Shown: positions 12,581 through 26,439 of the stretch, in pieces
Layout: the number at the start of each line of letters is the position of its first letter
How positions within the stretch are numbered: the stretch's first letter is position 1
Assembly: GCF_016433145.1 (NCBI RefSeq)
Contig: NC_058133.1
Coordinates: 423,306,933-423,370,932 of the forward strand
Source: Gracilinanus agilis
Lineage: Eukaryota
DNA length: 64,000 nucleotides
Direction of reading: 5' to 3'
Program-made: the position numbers and the translations under genes
Notes under the pieces: model-generated
Database searches by the model: none
What the model was told of the DNA's origin: nothing
The model's input: only the letters and a program-made list of their open reading frames with translations

Positions 12581-13433
12581 ATCACAATTTGATTATCTTG
12601 TTTTGCTGGAAATTCTTTGCAAAAGGGACCTAATGCGCTTTTTCTATAACTTTCAGCCAAGATTTCTTCATCACTCTAGCGTTTAACATAGTGCCTGGCA
12701 CATAGAAGGTGCTCCATAAATGGCTATTGATTGATTGATTGATTCCACCTGCAACTCTACAGGTGCTATTGATTGCCCTCTTCTGCAGCTCTCATCTCAC
12801 CACGGTTGACAAGGAAAGTCTCTTCCCAGAGATCTCTCCCTTAGCTGAAGGCATTTCTTCAGAGATCTACTGTCCTAGCTGGAGACACTTGTTTTCCTTA
12901 CATCCAATTCTAACACAGTGCCAAACAAGAGACCAGCACTGCATTTTTCCCTTACACTATGTAGATTCTGACAGCTTCTGGCCTGACTAAAGGTTGTCCA
13001 ATGATCAGAAACACATGGCTCTCCTCACATTCCAAGTGGGGCTCTCTCTCTCTGATAACCAGCTTGGGTAAGGATGAATTCAATAGTCAGATGTCCTCTC
13101 TTCACCTCTAGTACTGGGGCTCTGTGCCTAGAGCTCATATGAGCATCTCCCACCAATCTAGGGGCTCTGAAATCCTCTCTGAGCCTCAGCCCACTAAGTA
13201 CTCCCTCAGATTTGTGTGTTTGTCTGAGGCTAGCTTGCTAATGTTATTCAAATTACCCAGGGCTTCTTCTCTTATGGGAGGAGGGGAAGACTGTTTTTTT
13301 CTGACCAAGAAGAAAAATATTTACAGTCTCTACAATATTTCGTGGTGGTAAGGGAGGTATTTTAGACTTTTAAAAGTGTTTTCACTAGATTATACCTTAC
13401 AAAATTATTAAAATGTAATTTGAAAATTAGTAA

Positions 13434-13673
13434 GCTAGGTAAGTAGTGGAAAGAGTGCTAGGCGTGGAGTTAGGAAGACTCATCTTTCTGAGTTCAATTC
13501 TAGCCTCAGACAATGTGTGACCCTGGGAAAGCAACTTAACCCTATTTGCCTCAGTTTTCTCATCTTTAAAATGAATTTAAGAAAGAAAATGGGAAATCAT
13601 TCCAGTATCTTTGCCAGGAAAATCCTAAATAGGGCCATGAAAAGTCACATATAATTGAAAAATGACGGAACAC
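13434..13673 (+). mobile_element. MAR1-type SINE
   Basis: tRNA-like head, CORE and RTE tail (tccagtatctttgccaggaaaatcc). Confidence 0.8.
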
Positions 13674-14177
13674 ATAAGACATAAGTAGGAGAAAAATCTG
13701 CTGGTGGCATCATGCTTTCTTTCACATGGAGAATGAAAGCACAAAATTCTGCTCTGAGATCTGTTTGTTTCAGATGGCCTAGTTTCTTAGTCGAACAAAA
13801 ATGTGGACTGTGAAATACATTTTATGAATTAAATCTAAAGCATAATCAATTTAGAAAAGTATTCATCTTATAGCCTTCAAAGCTTTTTAGCATTACTGAA
13901 AGCCATTATTGTTGTAGTGGATCAGACAGGACAGAGAGAAATAGGAGAAGCCAGGAGTTCACCAAACTCTCACTGTTTTAGCTGGCCTACCTTTCATAGG
14001 AAATATCTGTGGAAAGACAAGAAATGGACTCTCCCATTAAAATATTTTTGTTCTTTCCACAAATATTTCATTGAAATATGTAGCTTATGGAGCCACCCTT
14101 CTCTATGGGTATTTAACAACTTATTCATTTAAATCTGTAGAGTTTTAAAAGAAAAATAGAGTAGGTCTAAGACTATA

Positions 14178-14434
14178 AGGGTAGCTAGTTGTTATAGTAG
14201 ATAGAAACTCAGGCCTGGAGTCAGGAAAATTCATCTTTGTGAGTTCAAATCCAGCCTCAGACATTTAATAGCCATGTGACCCTGTATAAGTCACTTAACC
14301 CTGTTTACCTCAGTTTCTTTATCTGTAAAGTGAGCTTGAGAAGGAAATAGCAAACCACTCCAGTGCCTTTGCCAAGAAAATCCCAACTAGGGGCATGAAA
14401 ATTTGGATATGACTGAAACGACTGGACAACAAGA
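14178..14434 (+). mobile_element. MAR1-type SINE, near full length
   Basis: gagaaggaaatagcaaaccactccagtgcctttgccaagaaaa..gactgaaacgactggacaac. Confidence 0.85.
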
Positions 14435-15706
14435 AATAGGACTGGAAAACTCCAAGCCTAAACAAGTGCTCTGCATTTAGTTTTGCTCACGTAAAGATAT
14501 ACCTTTTATTTAAGTACTTTAGTACTTAATTTAGTACATGCTTTTTATCACTGTAAAACCTCCATTCACCAACCTAGCTCATGATCCTGTCCATAAGTTA
14601 CCAGATCATCTTGGCAAGTGACGGTGGCTGAAAAGCATCATCCCTGAATAACCAGTCTCTGACCTCTCTAAACTGGCTAGGCTGGTTCCTAAACAACTGA
14701 CCTACAATCCACTTGGCACTGGATCTGTGCCTTTGCCCATTCACCTTCAAACCACAATGAGGCATCAGAATAAGAATTCAGAGGAGGAAGGGTGTTTAAA
14801 AATTATGTTTATTTAAAATTTTTCATTGGTACTTTTTGTCATTACATAATCTTAATTTCCCAATATATAGCTCTCTTTCCCTTCCTAGAAAGCAGTGTCT
14901 CTAGGAATAATTAAAAGTAAGGGGGAAAAATCCCAACAGTTCAACTAAATTAACCGATATATCAAACAACTTTGATCTTATATGTATTCTATGCCTATAG
15001 TCCTCCACCTCTGCAAAGAAGATGAAGAACCTTCTTATAGCCCTTCACAACATTCTTTGTCTTCTTTTTTGCCATTGTTCTTTCCATATACATTGTTTTA
15101 ATTATGTATATAATATAAATCATTTATATATATAAATATATATATATGGTATTTTTCTGGTTCTGAAGAAGGGCATATTGAGATTCCTTTTTTATATACA
15201 TCTCTGAAGAACTAAAAGAAGACAACACATTGCAGGGGGGAAAGAATTAGACTGGGAATCAAGACATCTGGGCTCTAAACCTGGCTTTACTGTTAACTAG
15301 CTAGCTATGTGGCCTTGGAAAAGCCACACTGTTTGAATTTCAATTTGTTCATTTATAAAATGAAAGGATTGGATTAGATGAACTCTAAGGTACTAAAAAT
15401 TTAATGAATGTTTCAATAGGTAAAAAAAAACCATTAGCTATAGTTTGTTATATATTAATTTCTAGAAAATAAAATTTAACATGATCCTATCAAACCTGCC
15501 TTGTTTTTCTCAGCTTCCTTCTGAATTTCTTTCTGCTTTCTTTTGTATATTTTAATGCTTCATTGACACTTTTTCATTATCTATTATTTTCACTTTTATT
15601 ATTTCATGTTCATTATCTTATGTTCATTCATTTCCATTATGAATCCCTGCTGTCCTCTACTCTTACATAATACTGCCTCTCCCCCCAATAAGTGTTTCCT
15701 CTTGTC

Positions 15707-15903
15707 TTTTTTTTTTAACACTTACCCTCCATCTTAGAATTAATACTAAATATTGCTTCCAAGCCAGAAGAGCAGTCAGGATTAGGCAATGGGGGCTAAG
15801 TGACTTTCCCAAGTCACATGCTGAGGAAGGTCTGAGGTCTGATTTGAACCCAGGACATTCTATCTCTGGGCCTGACTATCCACCGGACCACCTACTTGCC
15901 CCC
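15707..15903 (-). mobile_element. SINE1_Mdo-type SINE
   Basis: Poly(T), cttaccctccatcttagaat.., ends cacctacttgccccc. Confidence 0.85.
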
Positions 15904-18584
15904 AAATGTTATACCTTTAGTTTATTTTATTTATTATTTTATATATGTATACATATATACATATATTATATAAATTTAGTCAGGAAAAGCAAGTTCATAC
16001 ATCGGTCATGTATGCATCTAATTCCAAACCTCTTGTCAACCACCTCTCTGCCAAGAAATGAAGGCAAGCTAGGTTCATCATAGGTTCCAGAGCCATGGTT
16101 GGGTCATAGAATTGATCTGAATTCTTAAGTTTTTCTAAGTCATTTTCCTTTACATCATTCTGGTCTCTGCAGATATTTTCTCCTCTTTCTTCTCATTTCC
16201 TGTGGTATTTTCCAACTCCAACTTTCCTTTTGCAGTTCTATTTGAAATTATTATACTTTTCATTATGAGTGACACAGTAACAGACCTACTTCCAAAAGAA
16301 ATTGGTTCAAATCAAAGCTCTTCTAATTAATTATTGAGTGGCATTGAATAAGTCACTTAAATTCTCTGGGTCATGATTTCCCCCTTAGTCAAAGTGTAAG
16401 GATTGGACTAGCTGAATTTTAAAGTCTCTTCTACCCCTTAAACTCTATGATCTCTCTTTGGAATGATTTTCAAATATCTATAATATGGGAAAAATTTTTC
16501 TTATTTATTTCCTGAGAAAGTTAGATCTCTTTATCTGAATATGACTTTCAAAAACTCCAAGTCAGTTTAGATAGAATAAGCTTCTAATGATTCTGAAATC
16601 TGTTCCTATAGATAACACATGAGTCAGTTGTTAAAGGTTTCTTTGAGAGTTTGTCTATATTTAATTCAATATTTCTGTACTGTAGCAGTGGATTTGGAAC
16701 TACGGCTTCTAGACTTCACAGAAAAGCCATATGGAAAGGATTCAGAAATGATTGAGTTGCCTGGAAAAGGAAACCTTAAGCAGCTTTCTCCTACAGCAGG
16801 GTTTAAACCAACATTTTGTGGTATTTCACCACAGCAGTTTGTTATATTATATATTTACATATGTATATATGGCGACAGATTTTGCTTTTTGTGAATTCCC
16901 AGAGGGTAGGCCATTGTGAAAGATTCCTCTTTTTCTGATGCCAATCTACATGCTTACTTCAGCCAGTAATTAGCATGCCTCTCCCAAGTGGGTGAGAAGG
17001 CTAGCTGTGGAATGGTTTAACTAAGAAATAGAGAAACTGCCCTGAACCAGATTCATCATCTCTGCTTGTGTGGCCATCAAATAAAACAGCATGCAGCTGA
17101 CTTTGACTTCATGCTGCAGTGAGACCTACAGTAGTTTAATAAAATCTGATACCTTTGACTAGGTCATCCGTTGTTGGAGGCTAAAGGCTTTCTGTCTGGA
17201 GTTTGTTTAGGGGTTTGATGTTCAGGAGAAGGGGGAAACTCACCAGGCATTTCTAAATTGGAGCTATGTGGATTAGCATGTCTTCTTATGCAAGAACCAA
17301 AAGAATTTTAAAAGATGGTTTTGTTTTGTTTTGTTTTTTTACTCTGATTTCCATTTTTATTAAATTTTATTTGTGGATATATGTGACTCATGGTCTTTAT
17401 AATTCGTTAATAGGGATAATAGAAGCAGACATTGTCAATGATTCGAGTGTGCTGCTTTCTCACAGAAAAGTAGACTATATTTTATTAGGACTCTTTCTAC
17501 TGTCCTACGTTACCTCTCTATTTGGAGACTATGGTTTGATATAAGCTTGTTGATTGATTTATGATACACAAATAGGGCTGGAGCGGGGCTACAATTTGTG
17601 TGATGAGCATGAATGACTAGAAAAGCCGGTGGCTTGAGTTGTGTACATTAGTAACCCTGAAATGCTGAATAACATAATGAAGACCTCCAATGCATTGCAG
17701 AGATCTAATCTGGAGAATTAGGTTACAGGATTGTAATATGTAGTGCTGAAGGAGGCATTTGTAGTCCTCTATTCTAAATCCCCCATTTTATAGATGAGGA
17801 AATTGATTCTCAGAGAAGTTAAAGAACTTGCCCGAGCCACAGCAAAATCGATATTTTAACCCAAGTCCTCTAACCACCTCGCAAATATCTGGATGGAACC
17901 AAAACTTTGATTCTTTCCAATTCTCAATTCATATTTTTATTTTTACTCATTCTTCTACAACCTTCCTCTCATAGATCTCTTCCTTCCCCTTTCTTTTCCT
18001 TCTCATTTCTTGACACTTAATCCTTTTTGTATGTAACTACCCCAAAATACATAATAATAATTGTATTCGTTTGGGTCTAAAATGGAGCATTGGACATTTG
18101 AAGGGGCGTACCTATGGCATGGGAGATAGATGAAAAAGTCCAGTGAAAAGATAGCTTCTGTTGTTTTTTCTAGGTAATAATGAGATCTAGGGAAGATTGG
18201 GCACTTTGGCCATATTGCTTTGAAACTTTGACCATAAGCAAGAGGCCAGCCTGTAGCAGCAGAAAATGGCACCAACCTAAAGGAATATGTTTGCCCAGGA
18301 CTGTCAATTGTAAGGCAAATGATTGAATTCCCTCTGGGCTTACTAAAGAAGGAGAAGATCCTGGGACCTTTGATGAGAATCAGGAGCATTTAATGGACAG
18401 ATTGAAAACCTTTGTGAACTCATTTATGTAAACAAAATATGTTGCTTTAAACATAGTAGGTGTTCAGTAGCTTTTGCTGGTAACGATATTGTTAAGGCAT
18501 TTCAATTCACAGAAGAAAAAGAAGAGTGGAAACAACTCATTCTTGGAAACACTTTCACTCTAATGGCCATCATGATGTGTTTTT

Positions 18585-19142
18585 TTCCAGTCAGCAAATC
18601 ACCAAGCATTTATTTAAGGCTTTTTCTGTGTCATGTGTTTTAGGAACAAAAAGAAAAGAAATAAATAAGTCCTTGTCCTACAGAATTCTGTCTTGGAGAA
18701 AAGGATGCTAAGCACAAATTAAATACAATACGCTGGGGAGGGAGAAGCACTAGCATTGAGGAGATCATGTAGGCAGTGATATCTGAGCTAACTTTGAAGA
18801 ACTGAGGGATTCTCAGAGGCTGAGAGAAAGGAATGCAATCCAGACATAGGAGACCATGTGGGCAAAGGAGATGGGACATGGAATATTGTTTATGAAGAAG
18901 AGTAAGTACTTCAGTATGATTGGATTATAACTCGCATCAGGGGGAGTAACAGGTAAGTCTGGAAAGGTAGACTGGAGCCATAATAAGAAGGGCTTTCAAT
19001 GCCAAACAGAGGACTTTGTCTTTTAACCTAGAATTATATTATCAGTCACTTGAGCTTTTTGATTAGGGGAATGAAGCAGTCAGATTGGCATTCCTCCCTT
19101 GGACCACGCCCTAGGAATATCACTTTGGCAGTTGTGTGCAGC
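18585..19142 (-). mobile_element. L2 LINE 3' fragment
   Basis: caagcatttatttaagg (reverse L2 3' end), then purine-rich L2 body to cactttggcagttgtgtg. Confidence 0.75.
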
Positions 19143-20244
19143 TGTTAGTCATTGATGTACTGTATGGCATGATTTATCTACTAATGTGCAACTCTAGGCA
19201 TGCCATTTAACCTTTATGAGCATTGGTTTCCTTTTCTTAAAGTGAAGATCCTAATACCTACCTCACAGGATTATTGTGATCAAAGGCAATAATTTGTTTA
19301 AAGCACTTGGCAAATCTTAGAATGTTATATAAATGCCAGCTATTGTTATCTTGATTTCTAAGACATCAGGATATCCTGGAATTTGCTTGCCTGATCCAGT
19401 ACAAAATGGTAAGAAGTTGTGTTCTAATTCCATTTAGCTTCTTTATCTTCTTTTTTTTAAATGACTAATGACTGTCTGGAAAAGGTTTCACCTCTTTGGC
19501 TTTATTTAATGGACAGAATACAGTGACCTTAGGATTACTCCTATAAATCCAGTTCTGAATAAAACTCACAGTTAAAGACTGAGAAAAGTCTGTTTTGTAA
19601 AGTTATAAATGCACTCAGCACTTGTGGATTTAAATTTGATGGCTCCTGGCAATTGTGACTTCCTGTTTTCGAGATAAAAGACTCGGAGATTTATTAGAAA
19701 GATATAGGAGTTTTTGTGAGGATATTAAATAGTACTTAGAGAAAACACTTAAATGATTTAACTATGAACAAATTTGAAACACGTGGATAAAGTTTTTCTC
19801 AGTGTTCATTTGGTTTTAAAAATGATTAAAAAGTAACTCATAAAAGGTGCTTGAAGATTTATGTAACTAGGAAACCATTAAAAGAAAATAATTTAAAAGA
19901 TTTGGAAAGAATTCTGAAACAACAAAATGCAATTTGATATTTAAAATACAAAGATTGGAATTACAGTAGATAGTAGTTAAGTTGCTAAGAGTTTCATTTC
20001 AGTGTTTTCCCTAGAAAGAGGCTTTTCTGTTTCCATTTAGTTGAATGTATTGGATCATTCATTTATTCAAAAACATTTATTGAATGTTTATTCTGTGCAA
20101 GACACTGAGGCAGATTCAGGGATGATCAAAACATCCTTATCTCTGACATCTAATCCGGGATGGCAGACCCAAGGAACACCCTGTCTGTTATAATGTATGG
20201 GTTTTTTAAAAAAAATCAACCTTAAAAGCAGTTCATCTGAAAAA

Positions 20245-20515
20245 TATTTGGGGGTTTTACAAGACTGCTATCTCAGTGTGCATATGAGTCATCAATATGA
20301 CGTGACATCCCAAAAAACTAATGTGACTTTAGGTTGAATTAAAAGAAGTTTGGTATCTGTAGCATAGGAAGTGATAGTTTTCTTAAATATATCCAGTGTA
20401 GGCTGGTTATTTGGTATATCATAAAAGGTATCCCTCTTCATATAGAGTTTGGGCTACTTGATTTCCAAGACTTTCTGGGCTTCCTTCCAACTTGGAGATT
20501 CTGTAATTCCTACAG
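20245..20515 (+). mobile_element. CR1/L3 fragment
   Basis: atgagtcatcaatatgacgtgacatcccaaaaaactaatgtgactttaggttg; CR1/MIR3-type end cttccttccaacttggagattctgt. Confidence 0.55.
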
Positions 20516-21179
20516 GAGCTACTGTGCCCTTTGTGTGTTGGGAACTATTAAGACTTGCCTTATTCTTACTTTCTAATCTTGACTCTTGACACAGTTTAAC
20601 TGGATACTGTAATGAAGAAAGACAGAAGTGTTGTTCCTTCTCTGGTATTTGAGTTTTAATGCAGTAGTGGGGTTATCCTGTATGTCTGTGTGGTGTGGTG
20701 CATATGGAGCTGGCCTTGGAGTCAGGAAGACCCAGGCTCAAGTTCTGCCTCATATATGTTGGCTGTGTGCCTGAGCAAATGTATGCAACACACTAAGACA
20801 CTAAAACCATGTTGCTGATCTATATTAGCGAAGGGAATTTTTTCATTTGGGAAGTCTGTAGACCAGTAAAGTCACAGGTCTTGTACCTATTCTTATTAAT
20901 GCTCAAATTAAATTATTATTTAAATCTATTTATTTATTTTTTAATTTTATTATTTAAATTAAATATTCCTACTTCTTTTAAGTTGATTTCCAAGTGTCAT
21001 ATTTTATAATTACTTGGATTATTCCTAAACTGTGGCTCCCACAGTTGAATATAACATAGTTCATTGGCCTAGAGGCAGAAGGGACCTCAGAAGCCATGGG
21101 GTCCAGGGAGGTTAAGTCCAAGGTCCTAGAATAAGTGTAAGAGAAGAGATTTGAACTCTGCTCTTCTTGTTTCCAGAAT

Positions 21180-21960
21180 CCATATTCTTTACATTGTCGG
21201 GACACTGTTTTGGATGTGGTCTGTATGGGTCAGACTACTGTAAGACTATAGCCTAATTCAGTCTGGACACAATATTTTTGTTAACTTAGACTAGGTTGAC
21301 AGTAGCTTTTTTCTGGGGGGGGGGCTACCATGTCACATTGTTGACCACATTGACTCTGTGGTCCATTAAACCCCCTACTCCTTTTTTTTTTTGCATTAAT
21401 TGCTTTCTAACTATCTTCCCTATCGGGCACTTGTGAAATAAGTTTTTATTTAAATATAAGTGAAGGTCATCACACTGATCATATTTTATTCAAACGCATT
21501 ATTTTTCCAACCCATTATTCTTACCTAGTCAAATATTTTTGGAATCTAATTCTGTCATCCACTATACTAGCTATTCATCCAAGTTTCTTTTCATTTGCAA
21601 TTTTGACAAACACATCATTAAAATAAAGTTATCACTAAAAATGCTGACTAGAATAGGGCAAAGTACAGAACTCCTTAACAAATCACTAGAAACTTCTTTC
21701 CCTGTTGACACCGATTTCTTAATCAATATTTCAAGAATCTGGTTATTCAACCAGTTCTGAAACTGCATAATTGTACTGTAATTTGGTTCATTTTTATGTA
21801 TTTGTACACAAAGATACATCAGGGATTTTACAATATTTTTCTCAATCTTGGCATAAGATATCTGCATCATTTTCCTAATCTATTAATCTAAAAGTATTGT
21901 CCAAAAATTTGGACAAGTCTGGCATGACTTGTCTTTAATGAGCCTATGTTGACTTCTTTT
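21180..21960 (-). mobile_element. CR1/L3 LINE, decayed reverse-transcriptase region
   Basis: Minus ORF 21571-21870 (FQNWLNNQ..EVSSDLLRSSVLCPILVSIF..SKLQMKRNL) resembles the CR1 RT motif W..WL..R.Q..V.SGVPQGSVLGP.LFNIFI..KFADD. Confidence 0.8.
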
Positions 21961-23466
21961 TTTAAGACCATTTATTTAAGAATCCTAGCATTTCTTTATA
22001 GTTCACACTTCATTTATTACTGTTTCACTTTTGTCTTTGTGTCCCACATTTCCTAGCATAGTAATTGGTACCTAGGAGGCACTTAATAAATAGTAGTTGA
22101 TTCATCTTTTTGTAAATAATTTTAAGTGCTGTGGGGGTTGTAATAATCATGATGATGATGATGATAAATAACATTTATCTAGAGCTTTAAGATTTGCAAA
22201 TTACAAATATGACCTCATTTAATCTTCATAGTAATCTTGAGAGATAGGGCTATTATCCCAATTTTACAGATAAGGAAACTAAGATAGACAGCATGACTTT
22301 CTGGGATAATACAGAAGTGTCTAAGGCTGGATTTGAACTTGAATCTTCTTAACTCCACTTTCTCTCTAGCTGCTGCAATTCTTTTATATTAATTTAACTA
22401 TCTAAGCATAAAGTATACATCAGTTTTCCAAAAATCCAAAATATTTTCTCAAAGGACGATAAAAAACAATATGGAAAATTAAAAGTGGTTACATACTTTG
22501 TTATAGTTTAATATCCTCAAAATTCTTCAATTATTAAATTTTTAAAAATCCACACGTATCCTTCTTTCTTTTCATGTGACACCATGTCCCAGGAACATGA
22601 ATTTAGAGCTAGAAGGAATCTTTATAGACCATCTAATCAAACCCCTTATTTTACATGAGAACAAGTACCCTGCTCTTTGTCCAAAACTACATTAGCTGTA
22701 AAAGAAAAATGAGGCTTTTGGGCTATTCTGTGTTGTCACTTAAGCCTCTGTCTCTCAAGAAACTCTGAATAATAATTCCAATGGAAAGAAATGCCACTTA
22801 TTGTCAAGGTCAAATTTTGCGTAAGTAGAGATTTTCTTCCTGCCAAAGTCACCCAGCTAGGAGTTCAAAAACTCAATAAGATTTGGCAACAGACTTCCTC
22901 TTGGACCCTTTTGACTGCCTAAAACATCTGCTGGTGCACTGCATTTATTATTAATATGAAACAAGAACTTCAATATGGAAATTTATCAGATTATTCATTT
23001 GTGCAACTGGCATCTCTGATGAGTTGTAATACTGTATACTTTCTAAATTCATTTTCTTTTGGAAATTGTATTTTTTTAATATTGCTTTTTTTGATTTACC
23101 AATTTTCAGAGCTGGTTTTTGAAACTGACTGAATACCATTAGCTTTTTAATTCCAGTAAAGCTATTTTGGTAAGAGGACTAGAATGCTAATGAGATAGTT
23201 TGGAAAAGCAGTGGCTAGAACACTGGACTTGTAGCGAAGATATCCAGAGTTCAAATTCAGCCTCAGGCAGTTAGTTACTAGTTACCTGATTCTAAGCAAG
23301 TCACTTAATCTTATGTGCCTCAGTTTCCTCATTGGTAAAAAATAGAGATGACAGTGACATTTATCTTGCCCTTCTCTGCCCCCTTCCCTGATTGTTGTGA
23401 GGGAAAAATGAGATAATACTTGTAAAGTGCTTTGCAAATCTTAAAGCATTATACAAATGCGATTAC

Positions 23467-23490
23467 TATTATTATTATTATTATTATTAT
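23467..23490. repeat. (ATT)n microsatellite at a MIR 3' end
   Basis: tattattattattattattattat after MIR 23210-23465. Confidence 0.85.
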
Positions 23491-25525
23491 GTTATTCTAT
23501 GCATACTGCCAGGTGTCTCATGAAGGTGGTATAGCTAAGCATAATATTGACCATGAGACTATATTATTTTATGAAATGTCAAATAAATACTTTCCAGAAC
23601 AAGAGAAGGCTTTGGGTAAGGACTGTGTTATCTAAAGACCAGTTTAGTTCAGTGTGGAAAAATCTCATTCCAAGAAGGTTGATGAATTCTTTGGGACAAA
23701 GCAAATCATGATAACTGCCTGTTTCTGTTTAAAGAGGTTAAGATCTATGCAAGCAGAAAGCATATGAACACCATTCAAATCACTCATCTTTTAGGGAATT
23801 AGAATATTAAAGAATAATTATCATAGTGAAAAGATCCTGTAACTAAGCCTACAGTTAGACTTTCCTTTGTTAATTTGCATCCTCTATATGGTTTTTCCCC
23901 TCAACTTTCCTTTTAATGAAGGAGGCAATCATGCACACATATAGGTATATATAACATAGATTCAAGTATATCTATGAGGGGAAGGCATTAGGAGCTGGGT
24001 GGACTGGGAAAAGCCTCATGCAGGAAGTACCACTTGGGCTGAATCTGAAAGGAAACAAGTTTCCAGGGGGCATGGATAAAGAAAGAGCATGTTCCAGGTA
24101 TAGGAGACTGTCTGTATAAAGGAATACCCTGTAAAAAACAGGGAGAAGACCCACTTCTGGTTGGGTTTGGCTAATATCACTAATTAGGTTATAGATACAT
24201 ATTATAAAAATATGAAACAAGTATAATTAAAACCACCTCATATAATTCTGGATTTGAAACAAACAAAAAACATTTTAACTTACTAAGAATTTGAAGGAAT
24301 CAGGATTTAAAGAAATCTTGAGGGGGAAAAAAGACATATTATTTAGCATCTGATTTTTGGGGGGGGGCTACTAATTTAGAGCAATATCACCCTGAACTTT
24401 TAGAGAAAAAGAAATAATTTGGGCCTTTTAATTCAAATTTGAACAATCCTTCTGTGTAAATTTATTAGTTTGGAGCTAGACCTGTGATTTCCCTGGAAAA
24501 GTGACCTTCTGGGTGATGAATCTCCCATTACTAAGGCAGGTTTTCTATAACTTAGAAAATTTCCCAGGATAGTCAAGCTAGCAAGTCAGAAGAAGGAACC
24601 AAACTGATGTCATCTTGACTTTGAAGCTGTTTTCCATCTATAACCTCACACTTTTTCTTTAAGGGCTGCTACATTTCCCCTAAACTTTCCAATTTAATCA
24701 GGCATAACTCAGGGGGGTGGAGAAATGTGGGGAGCAGAGGGAGGGATGCTCAGATAAAACCTGTCTCCTCATCCTTAAAGTTGGGCTAACAATTTGGGAT
24801 AACTCAATTGTGTATTTGTGCCACATGTGTATTGCCAATCTGACAGTTTTGTTTACTATTTAGTAGTTATTTAGTATTAGTAAACTCTTTTGTTTAGTAT
24901 GAAACCAAAGAAACTTAGGTACTGAATTATGAGTCATTCAGAAAATGTAAACAATTCAAGGAATTTCTTGAGAAACATTTATTTGGCAAAAAAGGTGAAG
25001 CTTTTGTTAGGACCAGCATGGTAAGGGATTGATGTTGTGTTTCCTGGAAGGTCAGAAGCTCAAGAAAACAGGCAAATATAATTAAAATAGAAATCAAGCA
25101 GTAACAAACCAAGAGGACTCATTATTTTCTAGGGTTGGATTTCTAATGGACTAGCCTTATACTCTACTTCTGTCCTGACCTTTAATTCTTCTCAGATAAG
25201 ACTGTACTATCCTTATGGGCTTAAATTTGAGAGGAGGAGAGATACAAAAGGAAGAAGGATCAAAGAACATTTTAGAACATCCATGATTTCTAGCTGGAAC
25301 CTTGAAGCATTGTACATTTTCATTTACTCCATTCTGCTGGACATTTCTGGTGGGAAAGGTGGGGAGTGTGTCATTTATTGTTCTTGCCAAATGTTTTTCC
25401 TTCATGTTTTCAGATTTTATCTGCAAACACGGCTCCACACTTTTATAACTAAGCTCACAGAGACACCATACCTGTATGTTATCAAAACATAAATGCTACG
25501 TTTTTGTGTTCTGTCTCTTTTTTAA

Positions 25526-25780
<255 letters not shown>

Positions 25781-26439
25781 TGATCATAGTACAATGGTTT
25801 TTCCTCTGTTATTAAGGAATTAGTACACCTCCAAAAATTAGTCCATCATGGGAATAATTTAAGATACTTTAAAGAATTTCAATGAAATATTATAAAATTA
25901 TATTTTAAATAAATGTATTTATATGGTATATAAAAATTTTAAAATTAAATATAACAATATAATTATAAAAATTAAAGTCTTTCTTATAGAGTTGATTTTT
26001 TTCATAGATTATATTTTCTCACATTTTTCCTTTCCCACATACATATTTATCCCATTTTACTAACAAAAAATTCAAGAAAATATTTTGACTTCATAAATTC
26101 CTTTAATTTTACATATATGCACATATATAGATGTAGGTATATAGATATATATTTTCCTTCATTTAAATGGCAACCACTCTTTTCTAATAGGAATTAATTT
26201 TATTTTTAGCATGACAAATCTCTATCAGATTTTCTGAGAAAGAAGATATTTTCACATTCTTACCACTCATTCATTTAAATTAATTAATTTAATTTTTTAA
26301 ACCCATGCCTTCTGAAAATTGATACTAAGTATCAGTTCCAAGTCAGAAGAGTGACTCGTCTAGGGTCACAGGGCTAGGAAATGTCTGAAGTCAAATTTGA
26401 ACACATGTCCTCCCAACCAGGCCTGTTTTTCCATCCAGT

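Noticed and set aside
18003-18389. 128-aa minus-strand ORF as a nested gene
   Set aside because: No recognisable domain, non-ATG start, and a length reachable by chance among six frames of 64 kb.
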